A stretch of DNA of 64,000 nt. Source: Felis catus. Its lineage: Eukaryota. Below the pieces are notes generated by a model. That model was not told the origin of the DNA. It saw only the letters and a program-made list of their open reading frames with translations, and did not search any database. The translations under genes and the position numbers were made by a program. The stretch spans positions 60,514,001-60,578,000 of the forward strand of contig NC_058368.1 in NCBI RefSeq assembly GCF_018350175.1. The letters run 5' to 3'. How positions within the stretch are numbered: the stretch's first letter is position 1; every line of letters starts with the position of its first letter. Of the stretch, positions 38,711 through 52,992 are shown in pieces.

Positions 38711-40174
38711 TCTAAGTAATTATGGATACTATTATCATATAAGTTAGGAACTTAATAAATAGTTAGTTGGTTGTAAAATCATGGGTGTGACAAGTGAGAC
38801 AAGAGGCCCAAATATCCCTAGATTCCAATAAATGAAAATGTAAAAAGGAAGCTATATTTGCACTTGAACCAATTTCCTTTTAGCGAGAGGGTTTTCTGGG
38901 GATTCTGCTGTTGGACAAGAGCCCAGGTCACACTTGGCAGCTGCCCCATGTCTGGGGCAGCAGCTGGTTCATATGCTTATATATTGATTACCCTCCAGAT
39001 GGAGTGAAAAGATGAAGTAATTATGAATTATTACAGAAAATTGGGTTTTAAACTTTGACAACATGATGAAAACAAACTCCAAATCATGATATTTCTTAAT
39101 TAAGATGATTAAGGGTTTATTTTCTATTTAATATCAATAATAAATATATTTTAAATAGTACCCCAAATCCTGTTGTCATACAGTTGTTAATTTTTTTAAT
39201 TCAGTGTTACGAATTAAATTGAGCCCCCTGCCAATCTTTGTGAAGATGTGAGAGATGCCCATGCAGATTTCTCCCATCCCTGAAAGTCCTGTGTCTCTCT
39301 GTGCATTTGACTGGCACAAAAGTTGACTGCTTGAAAGTTACAGTCACAACGAAGACATTTCCTTGGATTCTCTCACTTCATAACTATTTACTAAGAGTCT
39401 TAATCACAACACATCTGCTCAATATTTTCTCAAAAAAAAAACCCATGCATATTATTAAGTAGAAGCAGGGAACTCGCAAATGCACACTAGCTTTACAAGT
39501 TTTTAAATGCTTGTCATTGTTTTCAAGGTTTCATTCATATATGCATAGATTCAGTAACTTGAGGAATAGATAATATGTATCCAATCCTAGCGTATTAGGA
39601 GAGCAAAAGTCAATAAAATACAGCAAAGAATTCCCTATCTATTTTTGGAAATAAAACATACAAACAGGACAGCAATTACTCTCCTAAACAAGAGCTGTGT
39701 ATTGTGTTGAAAATCCTCTCCCCATTTGCTAAAAGTATCTCAGTGACAAGGATAAAGTGGATGATTCAGTAAGGATTTGTCAGCAAAAGAAAGATTAATG
39801 TGGCAAAGTGGAGGGGAGGGAAGCATAGGACACTTCTCTAATTTTATTCGAATGAGTCACACATTCAAATAAAATAATTTATTTGAATGATTCAACTATT
39901 ACCTCACTTCTATGAGATGTCAGGAAATTTGTGTCAAAACATTTTAAAAATAAATAATTCCTGTTCTGTGAATTTTCCTTTTTTTTTTTATCACCCATTG
40001 TACACCTACAATATGAAAGACCAGGACCAGTGAGCATAGGGTAAGTAAGACACAATCTATCTCTGAGAATCTCACTTTCTGATTGGTAGAAAAGCCATAT
40101 AAATGATAGGCTTAGTGCTAATGTTAAAACACAAATATTTGAAATTACACATGTATATTGATAAGAATATACCA

Positions 40175-40410
40175 GGGGGCGTCTGGGTGGCTCAGTCAGT
40201 TAAGCCTTTCTCTTGACTTTGGCTCAAGTTATGATATCACTGTTTGTGAGTTCAAGCCCCATGCTGGGCTCTGTGCTGACAGTGCGGGGCTTGCTTGGGA
40301 TTCTCTCTCTCTTCCTCTCTCTCTCTCTGCCCCTCCCCTGCTGGGGGTCTCTCTCTTTCTCTCTCTCAAAACAAATAAATAAACTTTTAAAAATATTTAA
40401 AAAATAAAAT
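40175..40410 (+). mobile_element. CanSINE
   Basis: GGGGCGTCTGGGTGGCTCAGTC head, (CT)n, A-rich tail; AATATACC repeated on both flanks. Confidence 0.94.
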
Positions 40411-41257
40411 AAATATACCTATAAAAATATGTTTGAATTATGCTTGTATTTACAATATAACATAAAAATCATAGTACTATTATCTCAGATTTTCCAACAT
40501 AACTAATTGCTCAGAGTTGTGATTACATAGTATGACCAGCAGTATTTCCTCAATAATTACTTTAAAAATATCACTGAATGGAAGCATCCGTCTTACAAAT
40601 GTATATCTGCTTGTTCTGTTCAATTGTTTATAATTAGAGCATTCTTACCTTGTTGACCAGATTCCAAAGACATATAATATGGCACAAGGCAATCAAATTA
40701 GTATTCTATCCTTCTATTTTCATTTTCACATAAAAATGCATGATCAAATTTCACAAGTAGGGCAGAGATTACTTAGTCTATGGTGGATCTTATGAGAAAT
40801 AATCTTTACTGCAAAGATAGTTTGTCACCATTTTTTAAAAACTCTGTACTCACAGAACCCCCTGAAGAAATTTATAGAATTTAACCAGATTCTAGAGACC
40901 ATAGATTTGTATGTGTTAAATAATCTGTTGATGTCAATGAAAATTATTGTGCTCCTTGTGTAGACCATCCAGATAGATTATGCTAAAATACTCTGCTAGA
41001 TTTACCTTCTTAGAATTAAAGGTGTATTCACCTAATATTTTTTTCTCAAAGATAAATAGTATTTCAGAAAGTTTGTGACCTCATTTTAACATCTTTAACC
41101 TTGACTTTAACTACATGTCTATTTTCATCAGAAATATCTCCACATTGAAAGACATTTTCATGAACAAAAATGATGTAAAAAGAAGAAAATTAAGCCCTTT
41201 GAAATTAATTTTTTCATGCTCTCATTTCACTTTACAAGAATAAATTATATATATTTC

Positions 41258-41350
41258 ACTTTTTTTAAAGTAAGCTCTATGTGCGGGGTTTGAACTTACA
41301 ACCCTGAGATTAAGTGTTGCATGACTATTGATTGAGCCAGTTAACTGCCA
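41258..41350 (-). mobile_element. Short older CanSINE fragment
   Basis: GTAAGCTCTATG..GGGGTTTGAACTTACAACCCTGAGATTAAG...TGAGCCAG. Confidence 0.7.
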
Positions 41351-41451
41351 CTACTCCACTGCTTCACTTTTAATATAAATACATTCCATATATTTCACTC
41401 TAAAAACAAAGTCATACAATAGTGGTTACTATGAAACCTCTACTTTTCCTT

Positions 41452-41670
41452 AAAAAATTTTTTTTAACGTTTATTTACTTTTGAGACACAGAGAGACAGA
41501 ACATGAACGGGGGAGTGTCAGAGAGAGAGAGGGAGACACAGAATCCAAAACAGGCTCCAGGCTCTGAGCTGTTAGCACAGAGTTCGACGCGGGGCCTGAG
41601 CCCACGAACCACAAGATCATGACCTGAACTGAAGTCGGACACTTAACTGACTGAGCCACCCAGGTGCCCC
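41452..41670 (-). mobile_element. CanSINE
   Basis: Full antisense element; CTACTTTTC on both flanks. Confidence 0.95.
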
Positions 41671-44289
41671 TACTTTTCATTTTAATGTTTGAATACAAAA
41701 ACAATTCAAAGTAGATATTGGGGATAATTAAAATACCTCCTGTAAAATTCTGAGTAGAAAACACAACAGACAGAGTTCATGAATAATAACTTATGACACT
41801 GCAATTTTATTAAACAAAACACTACTTAAAATTCTGGTCAGTATTTAATTTTCTTGTAAAGAACGGTGTTTGGCATAATTTTACTAGCATTTTGTAGATT
41901 TATTTAGCAGATGTCATTTTGGCTCCATAGGTAATATTTGTTCTAAACTTTGAAATTACACAAACATTTGCCTTTCAAAGATACCAGACACTTCTCTCAT
42001 CTTCCACACTTTATAACCCTTTGAACATACGCTGTGAATGACAGAAAGTCATTAACTGAACACTTACGCAGGTTTGGTAAATTTAGAAAGAATCCATGTA
42101 CATGTTGTTCCTGTATTGTTATCAAGTTTTAACAGCTATTTTATGGGAAACATTTGGGATTTCTAATTCAGGTGGAAACAATGCTTGTTTTTCTTACATG
42201 TGTGATTATATTTACATGTTTTAAACCATTACCACTAACGATTGACATATTGATTATAGGAAATTACATACAATTCAAAGAGCTGTGTTAAAAATTAAGA
42301 CAAATTTAGCCAACTTTGATTCAAGACCTGATATTTGTAGGTCATTACCACATGGAGTATAAGTAGGCCATGCTAAATAAGTTTGACAAGGATATTTTAT
42401 TAACAAGTTGTTTTCACTTATCTTTTAAATACTTGATGCAGCCCGCTCAAGAGTTTTCTCTTTCTGTCCTGTAAGGTAGCCCATCTGGGCAGCCAAAGGA
42501 ACCTTTCTAAAGTATACTGGAAATTGTGTCATACTGTCAGTAAAATCCATGGATACATGCTCAATGCTCTAAAGATGTGGTTTACACTCCTAATTATGGT
42601 TTAAGCCACATTTTTCCTCTCTGCCTTTTGTATTTGCTCCTAGAATATGAAACCACAGGGAAAAAAATTAATTATTGTCATCGTTTTCTCTGGTCTCTGG
42701 GGTCTTCCACTTTCTTCTTAAAGTCCATCATTACTCTCCTCTTCACTCATATCACTTTTTACAAAGTCTCTCCTAAACCCCCAAATTGATTTAAATGTCC
42801 TCCTACCTCATTACTTCCTGCCTAGGAGTTTACACTGCCTTGTACTTTATATGTACTTCCTGTCTCTCCATCTGCAAAATAAGCTGCACAAGGGCCATGA
42901 ACTTGGAGATTTAAACAGGAATAGCAATGTAAATTATAAGCAAGGTCATAAACTGGATACTGATTTTTTTTAAGTGCAACTATTCTGTAGAGACTCCCAT
43001 ATATATTGTAAAACAAGTGGAGGAGGGGAACAATTTTAGATCAGACATTTCACATTAAAGCAAAACAAAACATTTTTGAGATTAACTAGGTTAGATCAGA
43101 TTCTTTACCTTGTGTAATAGGATATAAAACTACAAAAGTGTCATAGAATTGTCTGGGAAGTTACAGCTTCTTTTCTGTAGCTGGTTTTTGGTCAGACCAT
43201 AACACTAATTGATTGTTTTAAGTCTAGTTCATTGTTAATTTGTCATGCTGAAAAATTAGCTATGCCTTTATAGTGAAGCATACCCTATGAAATTAAAAAA
43301 ATGTTTTTCATGTTTTTTCTATTGAGGGAATAGAAAAGTCAGGACAGGAAAATATATAAGGATAATTGTAGTGCCAAAGCACAAACTGAAAGCTGTGTAA
43401 ACAAATAGCATTTGTGTAAACAGATAACATCTACTCATTCAGTTGTAGAACATGGAGTAGAACATCCAGCTATCAGGTTTCTGGAAAGCAGAAATGAGAT
43501 TTATCATTCATAATAAAAATTTCAGTTTCAATTCATATCTAAATTTCTCAATAGCAGGATTTTTTTCTAAAGTGCTTCCTATATGCAAGGCACTTCATAA
43601 TCCAGAGGAGAATATACTCCACAGCATCCTTAAAATAAACACTGTAGCAAGTTTCAGAGTTCCTTGCCTTATAAAATCTCTCAAAATAGACTGATGGAAT
43701 AATGCCAAACAGAGTTTGGTAAGAGCACACCTGCACAAGTCCTAACTAAGCAGCTCTGTTCTCTGTTGCGCTAGCTTGAAACAAAAATATAATTAAGAAT
43801 TGATAGCAGATGGAAGGACTGTCAATGTTTTTTAGAATCCTCTATGAATATGAATTCTCACAATAAAAATTTGGTTCAGAACTAGATGGACTGGAGTTCA
43901 AAATATAATATGGATTTATCAAAATACATAAAGTGAACTAACAACTTCTAAGAATAAATCTTTCTTGGAGAGGAGACTAGGGAAAGGTAATGGTATGACT
44001 TTCCCACTACTCCTGCTAAATAACTTTCCATGTCACCAAACCAGAAACCAGTAAATAGAAAAACATATATGTTGCAATTTTTTCCCCTGTGGGCAGAAAG
44101 TTTATCAGGAAGTGAGCTTAGTATCAATACTTGGAGGAATCAAGGACCAGAAATGGGCAGATGGATACATTAAACTATGATGTCTTGGCTGATTCTATAG
44201 AGTGTTGGGTCTGTGTTGGCTCATAAGATTTCTTCAGAATTGATGACATGGGGCTGGAGCTGTATACTTCCATATGGATTAGCCACAGG

Positions 44290-44720
44290 ATATAGCTAGA
44301 ATTTTTAAAATCTAAATGCCAGTGTTTTTTCATAAACTGGCACACATTATTCCCCAAATTGTTTAATGTTCTCACATCTGTGTAAATATCCCTCTTCTTG
44401 ATTTTGTGTATTTTTTTTCTAGCTTTTTAGTGTCTGAAATCGTTTTGGTTATTTTCTTTTTTTAATTTAAAGAATTGGTTTTGGTTTTTAAATAATTCTC
44501 TTGTTTTACAGTTTTTATTCATATCTGCTATTATATATTCATTTTTCTTTATTTTTGCTTCAATTTTATTAGATTTGTTTTTATCTTTGCTACATCTCAA
44601 ATGAAACTTCAGTTTATGTGTTATGTTAACTTTTGTTTCCAGCAAGGTTTACTAATTGTACAACTTGGTTTTATTCTAGATTCAGTTGGCTTTTCATATT
44701 TTAGAATATTGTTTATGTCT
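44290..44720 (-). mobile_element. Ancient L1 ORF2 fragment (region between endonuclease and RT)
   Basis: Minus-strand peptide ..EYIIADMNKNCKTRELFKNQNQFFKLKKENN.. resembles L1 ORF2 [23 protein letters not shown]. Confidence 0.55.
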
Positions 44721-45203
44721 CAAATTTAAAAATCATAAAGTAAGTGGTAGTTTTAATGCCCACTTAATTTAGAAGTTGCTACTCCCTTACTTCTGTCTGC
44801 TACTTGATCGTACTTTTAAAATAACATTAGTGACTTCAGGCTGATATTATTAGATAATTATTTCATAATTTTTAAATTTATCTTTCAAGAAAAAAAAACC
44901 TCTCCACTTACATTATGTGTACTTTTTAGGTAGCTCTTTAGTTTTAATTAATTTTATTTCTACGCTTAAAAATTACTTTCTTATAATTTAAATATAATGA
45001 CTGCCCCATATATCTTGGGATTTTTTGATGGGTTTAGGTACAGAAAGTTTCTTTTTTCTAAGAAAAGCAGAAAAGAAGCACATGCAAAGCTAAAATGAGT
45101 ACTACACCAAAACACACATATATAAAATATTAAAAAGCTTAAACAGGTTTTATGATTTCTGCCAGTTTATTTAGTTGAGAATTTAAAATTAAAAAAAAAA
45201 TTT

Positions 45204-45430
45204 GGGGGGCGCCTGGGTGGCGCAGTCGGTTGAGCGTCCGACTTCAGCCAGGTCACGATCTCGTGGTCCGTGAGTTCGAGCCCTGCGTCGGGCTCTGGGC
45301 TGATGGCTCAGAGCCTGGAGCCTGTTTCCGATTCTGTGTCTCCCTCTCTCTCTGCCCCTCCCCCGTTCATGCTCTGTCTCTCTCTGTCCCAAAAATAAAT
45401 AAATGTTGAAAAAAAAATTAAAAAAAAATT
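45204..45430 (+). mobile_element. Young felid SINE (GGCGCAGTC / AGCCAGGTCACG subtype)
   Basis: CpG-intact, GGGCTGATGGCTCAGAG variant; A-rich AAAAAAAATT on both flanks. Confidence 0.97.
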
Positions 45431-47524
45431 ATGATATGATTAGCTAAAGCCACAAAACATAAATTCTGTTCTTTCTTGTTTTTAATGTGGATTTAAACTA
45501 TTATTTTTATTATATTTTATTGAAGCCTTGCTCTCTTGCTGACCTTTTTTTCTATCTTATTGCATATTATTTTCATGTCAGCTTCTGCTCTCTTGCTTAT
45601 TTTTCATTGGAATCCTTTCATGAATTCTACTGTGTATGCCAGGCCGTGTCTTCTATTAGACAAGTGGTGTGTATTTGTCTATTAATTTCCTCACTAATTC
45701 TAGACATTTTTACAGATAGAGAAAAAAAAAATTCATTATAGTAGTATTGGGGGAGACACAAAAAGGTAATAACATTTAAGAATCAGGTCACTAGATTTTT
45801 AATAGTTTATTAATGTATCTAGTATTTTAAGAGTCCAAAATCGTAATTTGTTAATTTCTCTTTTAAGTGGATTTTTTGATTGAGAATCTCTGGTCTGAAA
45901 TTATATTTGTGAGTTATAATACACATTGTTATTTACCTGTGCTATTTCCTATTTCCCTTTGCCATAGATCATAACTGATCAAGACAGTAAATAATGAAAT
46001 GTTATAAGTGAAAAGTTCACATAATTACATAAATTGCACATTTTAAAGTTCTAAGGGCTGAGTCAGACCATCCTAATGCACTGGGTTAATCAAAACATTT
46101 ATGTGAAAGAATATTATCTCTTGTACGGTTCTTTATTCTTTACTATCACAGCCACCCAGTTATTGAAATCTTGCACTCACAAACATATATTTGATAAAGG
46201 TTCTTATAAATTATAATTGTGTCATACAAATGTTAGATATTGTTATTTTGCTTATTTTCTCTGACACATGGAAGTACATATTAGATTCAGTATGATTTGC
46301 TTTTAATTTAGGCAAGGATACCGTTCTTACTATTTATATGAAAGAAACACAAGGAAATACAAAATTAAACATATTCGTATCTTTCTATTGTCATTACAGA
46401 TGAACATCTGGTAATTTTTACTGTCAAAATGTTTACTAGAAGATCAGTCAGATAACTTGGGTATATTCCAGGTTCTACAACTTACTAACTTATGTGCTGA
46501 ATCACTTATCTTCTGAGAGCCTCATTTTTGCTCCTCTGAGACTTAAATAATTTCAGAGTTAGTAGAGACCTTATAATCATGTAAACCATGATCTTCATTT
46601 TTCAGGTGAAGTAACCACAAAACAGAAGGTAAACTGAGCTAATCAAATGTGACAGTGTTAGTAGTTACTGAGCCCAAGCAACCCATCCTTTGATCATTGC
46701 ATGTTCCACTGTGGACTGTCCCCTGTTTTATGGTTGGACTGAAGTGGAATATATAAAAAAATATTTGGAAGCCATAACATGCTTTACAATTTGAGGATTT
46801 ATTTATATTAATATTGATAAAAATTTGATATTCCAAAAGAGAGTTTTACCCCATGGTAGCATTTCTTTAGTATTGTATTTATTCTGATATATCCCAGTCA
46901 AGTGAATATTTGATATTTTAGTATGACCAAGATGAAAGCAAATTTTTGAAGAGAAATTTTACATCAATAAATTTTAAAAAATCTCACAGGAAAACAACGT
47001 TAGAAATGTCCTGTTATCATGAATACTCTTCACTTATTGCATATAGTAACCCATGTTGATAAATGATGGTCCTAGAAACCCACCTACAACCTCTCAGGAA
47101 AGACCATTTCAGCCGCCCACATACTTAAATAGTGAAAAAAAAAACACAAAAAAACCCTAAAACTTCTAAGTATAATGAGAAACACTGAATATACTTAAAA
47201 TTTCCACAGCCATATTTAAATATGAATAAGAGTAAAATGGATTGTAAATTACTGATGGATAGAGTTCAGGTTGAAGATGATCCCTCATTTTTTCAATGCA
47301 TATTTAAAACTTTTATGGAAATCTACAGCTGAATATCCAGCTATAAATATCATATCTGACTTGTGTAAGGTGGCAACTGCTGATCCTATTTTTTTTAAAT
47401 TGTCTTTTAACAAGCAGACACGTCTTTTCTGTTGGAGAAGCATTTTCTTCTAGCATGTGTTCTGTAGGCTTCATTTCCTCTTGCGCATTTTCAACAAGAG
47501 TGACCCAGATGTGGAAATTTTAGC

Positions 47525-47527
<3 letters not shown>

Positions 47528-47562
<35 letters not shown>
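47528..47562. repeat. (TA)n microsatellite
   Basis: Direct reading. Confidence 0.95.
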
Positions 47563-47567
<5 letters not shown>

Positions 47568-48328
47568 CAGTATAAATTAATTGCTGACTTGGTGAATAAT
47601 TTTCATATACTCTTTCTCCATTTTAGTGTATTCCATACAAATCGATCTTTTATCTTACAAAAAAGATTATTGGCAATTCAGGATTGAAATCTGTTAAGGC
47701 TAATTATAATATATAAATCATATTTGTGTGTGTATATGTGTGTGATTTCTCAATGTGTTGAAAATACATATTATTTTCCAAAATAATGAATTATTTAAGC
47801 CATTTCCTAAGCACAGCAAACTAAGAAAGTAAAACTTTCTGGCAGGTTTTGTAATTTAAAACACACAAACTAAAAAGGCTTTAACAGTTTTATAGGGAGT
47901 TTGAAAAATGTACGTTCAATCAAAAACCTGATTCTACCACTATTTACCACAGCAACATATGCTCAATGGCTAATTCTTGTGCCAGCTGACTTTTTCCAAA
48001 TTTTACTAGGGCTTTTGAAAATGTTCAGGGCGCTTTTATGTTTAGAATTTTTGGAGAATTCAGAGATGAAAAAGGCTGTTCTTTCCATAGCTGCCTATAC
48101 ACATTAGAAAAGAGGGGGAAAAAAACAAAAGGAAAGGAAAAATTCAAAGCATAGCATCCTAATGTGTGATAAACCGATCTTTAGACTCAATTGTTTTTAT
48201 TCCCTCTCCACTTCTCACTCCAATCCATCCCAGCTCTCTGCTCAATTGACAGAAAAATTTGTGTTGTTTTGGCATAGTAACAAGTAATCTTTCACAAATA
48301 CAGTTCTATATAAGAAAGTAGATCTTGC

Positions 48329-48700
48329 CATTCATTTACTAGTCATTTATTGTATGGTTCTCTGTGCCAGGCACTGTCCTGGGGTTAGAATGATATCAAA
48401 ACAACAACAGTAAAAATGCCAGGTCTTTGTCCTCCTGAAATTTACTATTTGGTAGAGAAGACAACCATTAATTACATACTTAGAAAAATGCAAATACAAT
48501 TACAACTGAGTAAAGGTGTTGAAGGATAAGTGAATATTCCAATATCAGTGTAAAGGTATCTGAACAAGGAGTCAAAAGAAAAAAACTTTCTTAAAGAAGT
48601 AATAAGTGAGCTTAGTTCTGAAAGCAAAGTGGGAGTTAAATAGGTACAGAGCAAATTAGAGTTCAACCTGTGCAAGGATGGGCCAAAGCCTATGCATGAG
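48329..48700 (-). mobile_element. L2 3' fragment
   Basis: CATTCATTT...CATTTATTG...TGTGCCAGGCACTGTCCTGGGG...TGTCCTCCTGAAATTTAC. Confidence 0.75.
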
Positions 48701-49300
48701 TATCTGCCATCTTTTCTCCCACCTGTCTCTCCTCCCATCATAAGATCACCATTTATGTATGTCTACTCAACTATCAGTGAGATTTTTTATCAAGTTTGCT
48801 GAAGATGTTCTGCCTGACTTTTTTTTAAATATAAGAAAGAGAGTTCAGATGTTTCGTAGACACTGACACTTCCAAATGTTATTACTGATATTCGGCTTTT
48901 CCACTTCTGATGTGACCTTTTGAATACATTATTGGCACAAATTTGTAAGCATTGCTTGCATTATTTTATTTAATATTCTCTAAGAGGAAAGCCAAGAGTT
49001 AAAAGTTAAGAAATTCTATTGGTTATATCTAATTTAATATAACATGTTCCGTTAAAATAGATTTTAACAGACATGGATGTCATTTCTTCTGATGGATAAT
49101 GGATCTCTAGTTCACAGATTTCACTGAGTGTCAGGATAAAAAAAATGTTGTGATATACATAAATTATGTCTAGGTCAGGAGCCATAACTCCTTGTTTGTT
49201 TGTTTGTTTGTTTTTCTAAAAATTTCTTATCAAGCTATATGTCTATTCTTATATAATGACAAACCAATTGATACATGAAAATAACTTCAGTACTGAGTTT

Positions 49301-49532
49301 TTTTTTCTTTTTTTTTTTAATTTTTTTTTCAACGTTTATTTATTTTTGGGACAGAGAGAGACCGAGCATGAACGGGGGAGGGGCAGAGAGAGAGGGAGAC
49401 ACAGAATCGGAAACAGGCTCCAGGCTCCGAGCCATCAGCCCAGAGCCCGACGCGGGGCTCGAACTCAGGGACCACGAGATCGTGACCTGGCTGAAGTTGG
49501 ACGCTTAACCGACTGCGCCACCCAGGCGCCCC
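49301..49532 (-). mobile_element. Young felid SINE
   Basis: CpG-intact; perfect TSD CAGTACTGAGTTT at 49288-49300 and 49532-49544. Confidence 0.98.
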
Positions 49533-50880
49533 AGTACTGAGTTTCTTAGACATAACTTCTTAAAGTCATAATTGATAATGTTAAGATGCATTTTGTTATG
49601 AACAATATGAACACTGGTTAAGAAAGCAGGTTATTTAAACTTTCAGAGTTTCTGTTTCCTCATCTAGAATAGTTGTAATAAAGAGTCATTATAATAAAGC
49701 TGTTTATAATAAAGAGTTATATAGTCAATATAATAAAGCTGAACTTATATTATAAATTAAATATAATTAATATATCTTAAATATTTTACTTAGTTTTATA
49801 TTTTAAATATATGGTAAATATGTGTATACATTCTTTGTATATGATATAAAAGTTATTAAATGCTTTAATATTGATGGAATGATTAAGTTAGATCATTGAT
49901 TTTAAAAACTCATTGCAGCATATTTTCTGGAAAAAGTTAGATCTCATTATTTGCAGCATAATATAGCAATTATAGATTATGGGATGTCCCTGAGCTCAAA
50001 GATTTAATTACATATCTGAAAGTCTCCTAGATTATTTTCATCTCTGCCATCACCTTTCCAAAATCTAAACTTCTAATGGGATATAAAAGTAGGTTATTTG
50101 CGAGGGAAAAAAGTTGCTTCAAATTATTCCCTATTGATCTCAGATACTTAACACAGTTTCTACAATGTCTAACTTTCTCCCAAGGAATAACTAATACCTG
50201 GAGCTCTTTACACAGTAACATCATGATCTTTTTTAGCAAAAGGAAATGGACTGTGATTATTGAGGTATTGTTTCCCATGAGTCCTCAACAAGATGCACTA
50301 GAGAAAGCTAATCAGTAGTTTTCTCATTATCAGTGTGGTAGTATGGTACATGGAAATGTACAGGTTGTTTATGGAGAGAAAAGTGACATTTTTCTTTGGG
50401 AAAAGAATCTACCTAACTTATTTTAAAAGGATCTCAAATAGTTTAATTTTAATTTATAATTTTTAAGCAACCATATTGTTTTGGAATAAAATAGGTTATA
50501 TTGATAAATAATATTTCAACTTATATATAACTAAAGTCACTCTTTATGACTTTGAGTTGTGGGGGTAAATCCAAAATAATTCTGAAAAAAACCAACTGAT
50601 GATATCTTTTGGGTGGTTGTCTTAAAATGTTAGAAGAATATGGTAAAAACCATTTGTCTCTACAGAATTTGGGTACTGTGTATTGTGACTGAGAGGAATA
50701 GAATAAGAGATGTGTATTTTGAGATATATAAATTAATATGAGAGCAAAGATGAGACAATACTCAAAATTGCTGATATGATAAAAGATAAATGAATCAATA
50801 ATATTACAAGGGACATGCTCCTAATTTTCACTGTGATAGCCTGCGTTCATTTACACATTACATTTGCAGAAACATTTTTT

Positions 50881-51084
50881 TCTTTCTTTTAAATTTATTT
50901 ATTTATTTTGAGAGAGAGAATAAGAGGAGATGTAGAGAGATTGGAAGAGAGAGAATCCCAAGCAGGTTCTGCACTGTCAGCACAGAGCCCGACACAGGGC
51001 TCGATCCCACAAAACATGAGATCATGACCTGAGCCAAAATCAAGAATTGGACACTCAACTGAGTGAGTACTCCCAGATGCCCCC
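50881..51084 (-). mobile_element. CanSINE
   Basis: TSD CAGA(A/T)ACATTTTTT at 50867-50880 and 51084-51097. Confidence 0.94.
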
Positions 51085-51139
51085 AGATACATTTTTTAGA
51101 AAGTTTTTACTTGTGAAGTAGTAGCCAAAAAATTGAAAG

Positions 51140-51260
51140 ACTACAAGTTCCAGAAATAGGTCTGGATTTAAACCTTGATTTTTAAACTTATAAATTGTGT
51201 GACCTTAGAAAATCACTGAGCTTCTCTGCATCTCAGGTTTCTGATCTGGAAAAAATACAT
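51140..51260 (+). mobile_element. MIR fragment
   Basis: TGTGTGACCTTAGAAAATCACTGAGCTTCTCTGCATCTCAGGTTTCTGATCTG. Confidence 0.7.
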
Positions 51261-51702
51261 CAGTTAAAGTATCATTATGGCTGCTAGCTATATAATAAAG
51301 CTCTGGTACAGACTTGATGTGAAACGTGATCTATGCTGCTGTTTTAGTATTCTCTGAAAGCACAGCAGAATTACACCTCTAATTTACCAAGGAGACAACA
51401 AAGCTCTACACAGTGTCAACTCCAAAGTTATCTAGTTTCCCTCTCTCTTGACTTCTAAACAATTGACCACAGAACTCCTCCAAAAGGCCTATGAGGCATA
51501 TAGAGTTAAAGGTGGGATTTCCAGGTTGGGGATGAAGGGTGGGGGTCCAGTACACTAAGATTGAGAGAAATACTCCAGTGAAAGCTAGTGTGTGTGATGA
51601 CTCTATTATCTATGTGAATTTAGTAAGGATCCAAAGTCATCCATAATTAGGATTGGACAGTGATAAAAATGACATGGAGCAAAAAAATAAGAAACTCTAG
51701 AT

Positions 51703-52758
51703 CACCACTTGTCAAAGTATGGCTCAGAGACCCCTGGGTGTCTTTTTAATATTCTGTGTGACAAAATGCCAAGTACACACATAAAGGACTTGTGCTGCAT
51801 ACCAAAATATAATGGTTGACTCGAAGGAAAACACTTGCATGAAAGTTTTGGTTATCACCTAGACTACTGCATGGAGCAACACTTTTACTTGAAAGAATAA
51901 CTGATAGAAAAACTATGGTTATGATGAATTGACTAACTGGCAGGTATTTTTTCCAAAATGAATGAAGTCAGTCTCTCACAAAAACAAAACAAATCAACAA
52001 CAAAACAAAACAAACAAACAAAAACTTCTGATAGTATTTGGTGGCATTAATAAATTTTGCACTTTCAAGGAAAAGCCAGAATACTGGAAATCATATCCTC
52101 TACTGTGAGTTAACCAACTTTCCAATCCTTATAGGCTTTCTGAGAGGTTGGTCGTCTTAACAACTATGGATTTTCGACTCTGTATACTGAAAAGATGTTA
52201 CAAAATTATACATGAGTAAATAATCCTTTCAACATGCAAGAAAGAGCAATGGATTTGAAGGTAACAGCATACAAGAAAAGTTGATTGACATGGTTTCAGA
52301 TTTTTCAACACAATTGACCTTAAAGAAGCTACAATTGGTGAGTATCGTTAGTTATCTGAAAGCCTATTGTAAACATTCTTCTTTTTTCCAAGTACATATC
52401 TGTGTGAGAATGCACTCTTCATCTCCTTCAGACAAAACTTCAAATCATAACAAACTGAATGTACAAGTAGATATGAGAACATTGTCCTCTATTTGCCAGG
52501 CATTAATAAGATCCCCAAAAATGTAAACACATTCATTTCACTACATTACTTTGTCTTGGAAAATATAGTTATTTTTCACAGAAATTTTAATTTATCCTAA
52601 CATGTTTTTATTATTGTTATTTTAAATTAATTAATAAATATTTATTTTCAAATTTGATTTCTAATATGTGAATATAAGTAGACATAACATATAAACAAGA
52701 GTACATTAGTATCCTCAATTATTTTTAAGAGTGTAGAGAGGAAAGTTTGAGAATACTG
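51703..52758. mobile_element. Charlie1-like hAT DNA transposon, internally deleted
   Basis: TCAAAGTATGG..AGACCCCTGGG start; transposase-like remnants CTGCATACCAAA..ATGGTTG, TTTTACTTGAAAGAA..ACTGA..AAACTATGGTT; end AAAGTTTGAGAATACTG; 8-bp NTCTAGNN flanks. Confidence 0.8.
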
Positions 52759-52766
52759 TTCTAGTT

Positions 52767-52992
52767 CAGGGTTGGCAAACATTTTTTTCTTCTGTAAAGG
52801 GGCAGATAGTGTATATTGTAGGCTTTTCAGGCCATAAAATCTCTTTTGCAATCACTCAGTTCCACAGTTGTTGTGCAAAAGCAGCCACAGATAATACATA
52901 ATTGGATGAATATGGCTGAGTTCCAATAAAACCTTCTTTACAAAAACAGATGACAGGTCAGAATTGACCTAAGTGTAGTCTACCAATCCTTG
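52767..52992. mobile_element. MER58A-like hAT-Charlie MITE
   Basis: CAGGGTTGGCAAAC..CTGTAAAGGGGCAGATAGT...AAAGCAGCCACAGATAATAC...TTCCAATAAAAC. Confidence 0.88.

Noticed and set aside
46595..46635. Apparent 23-nt micro-exon (TTTCAG|...GAAG|GTAAAC)
   Set aside because: Lies in MIR-like sequence, is not a multiple of 3 and has a weak donor.
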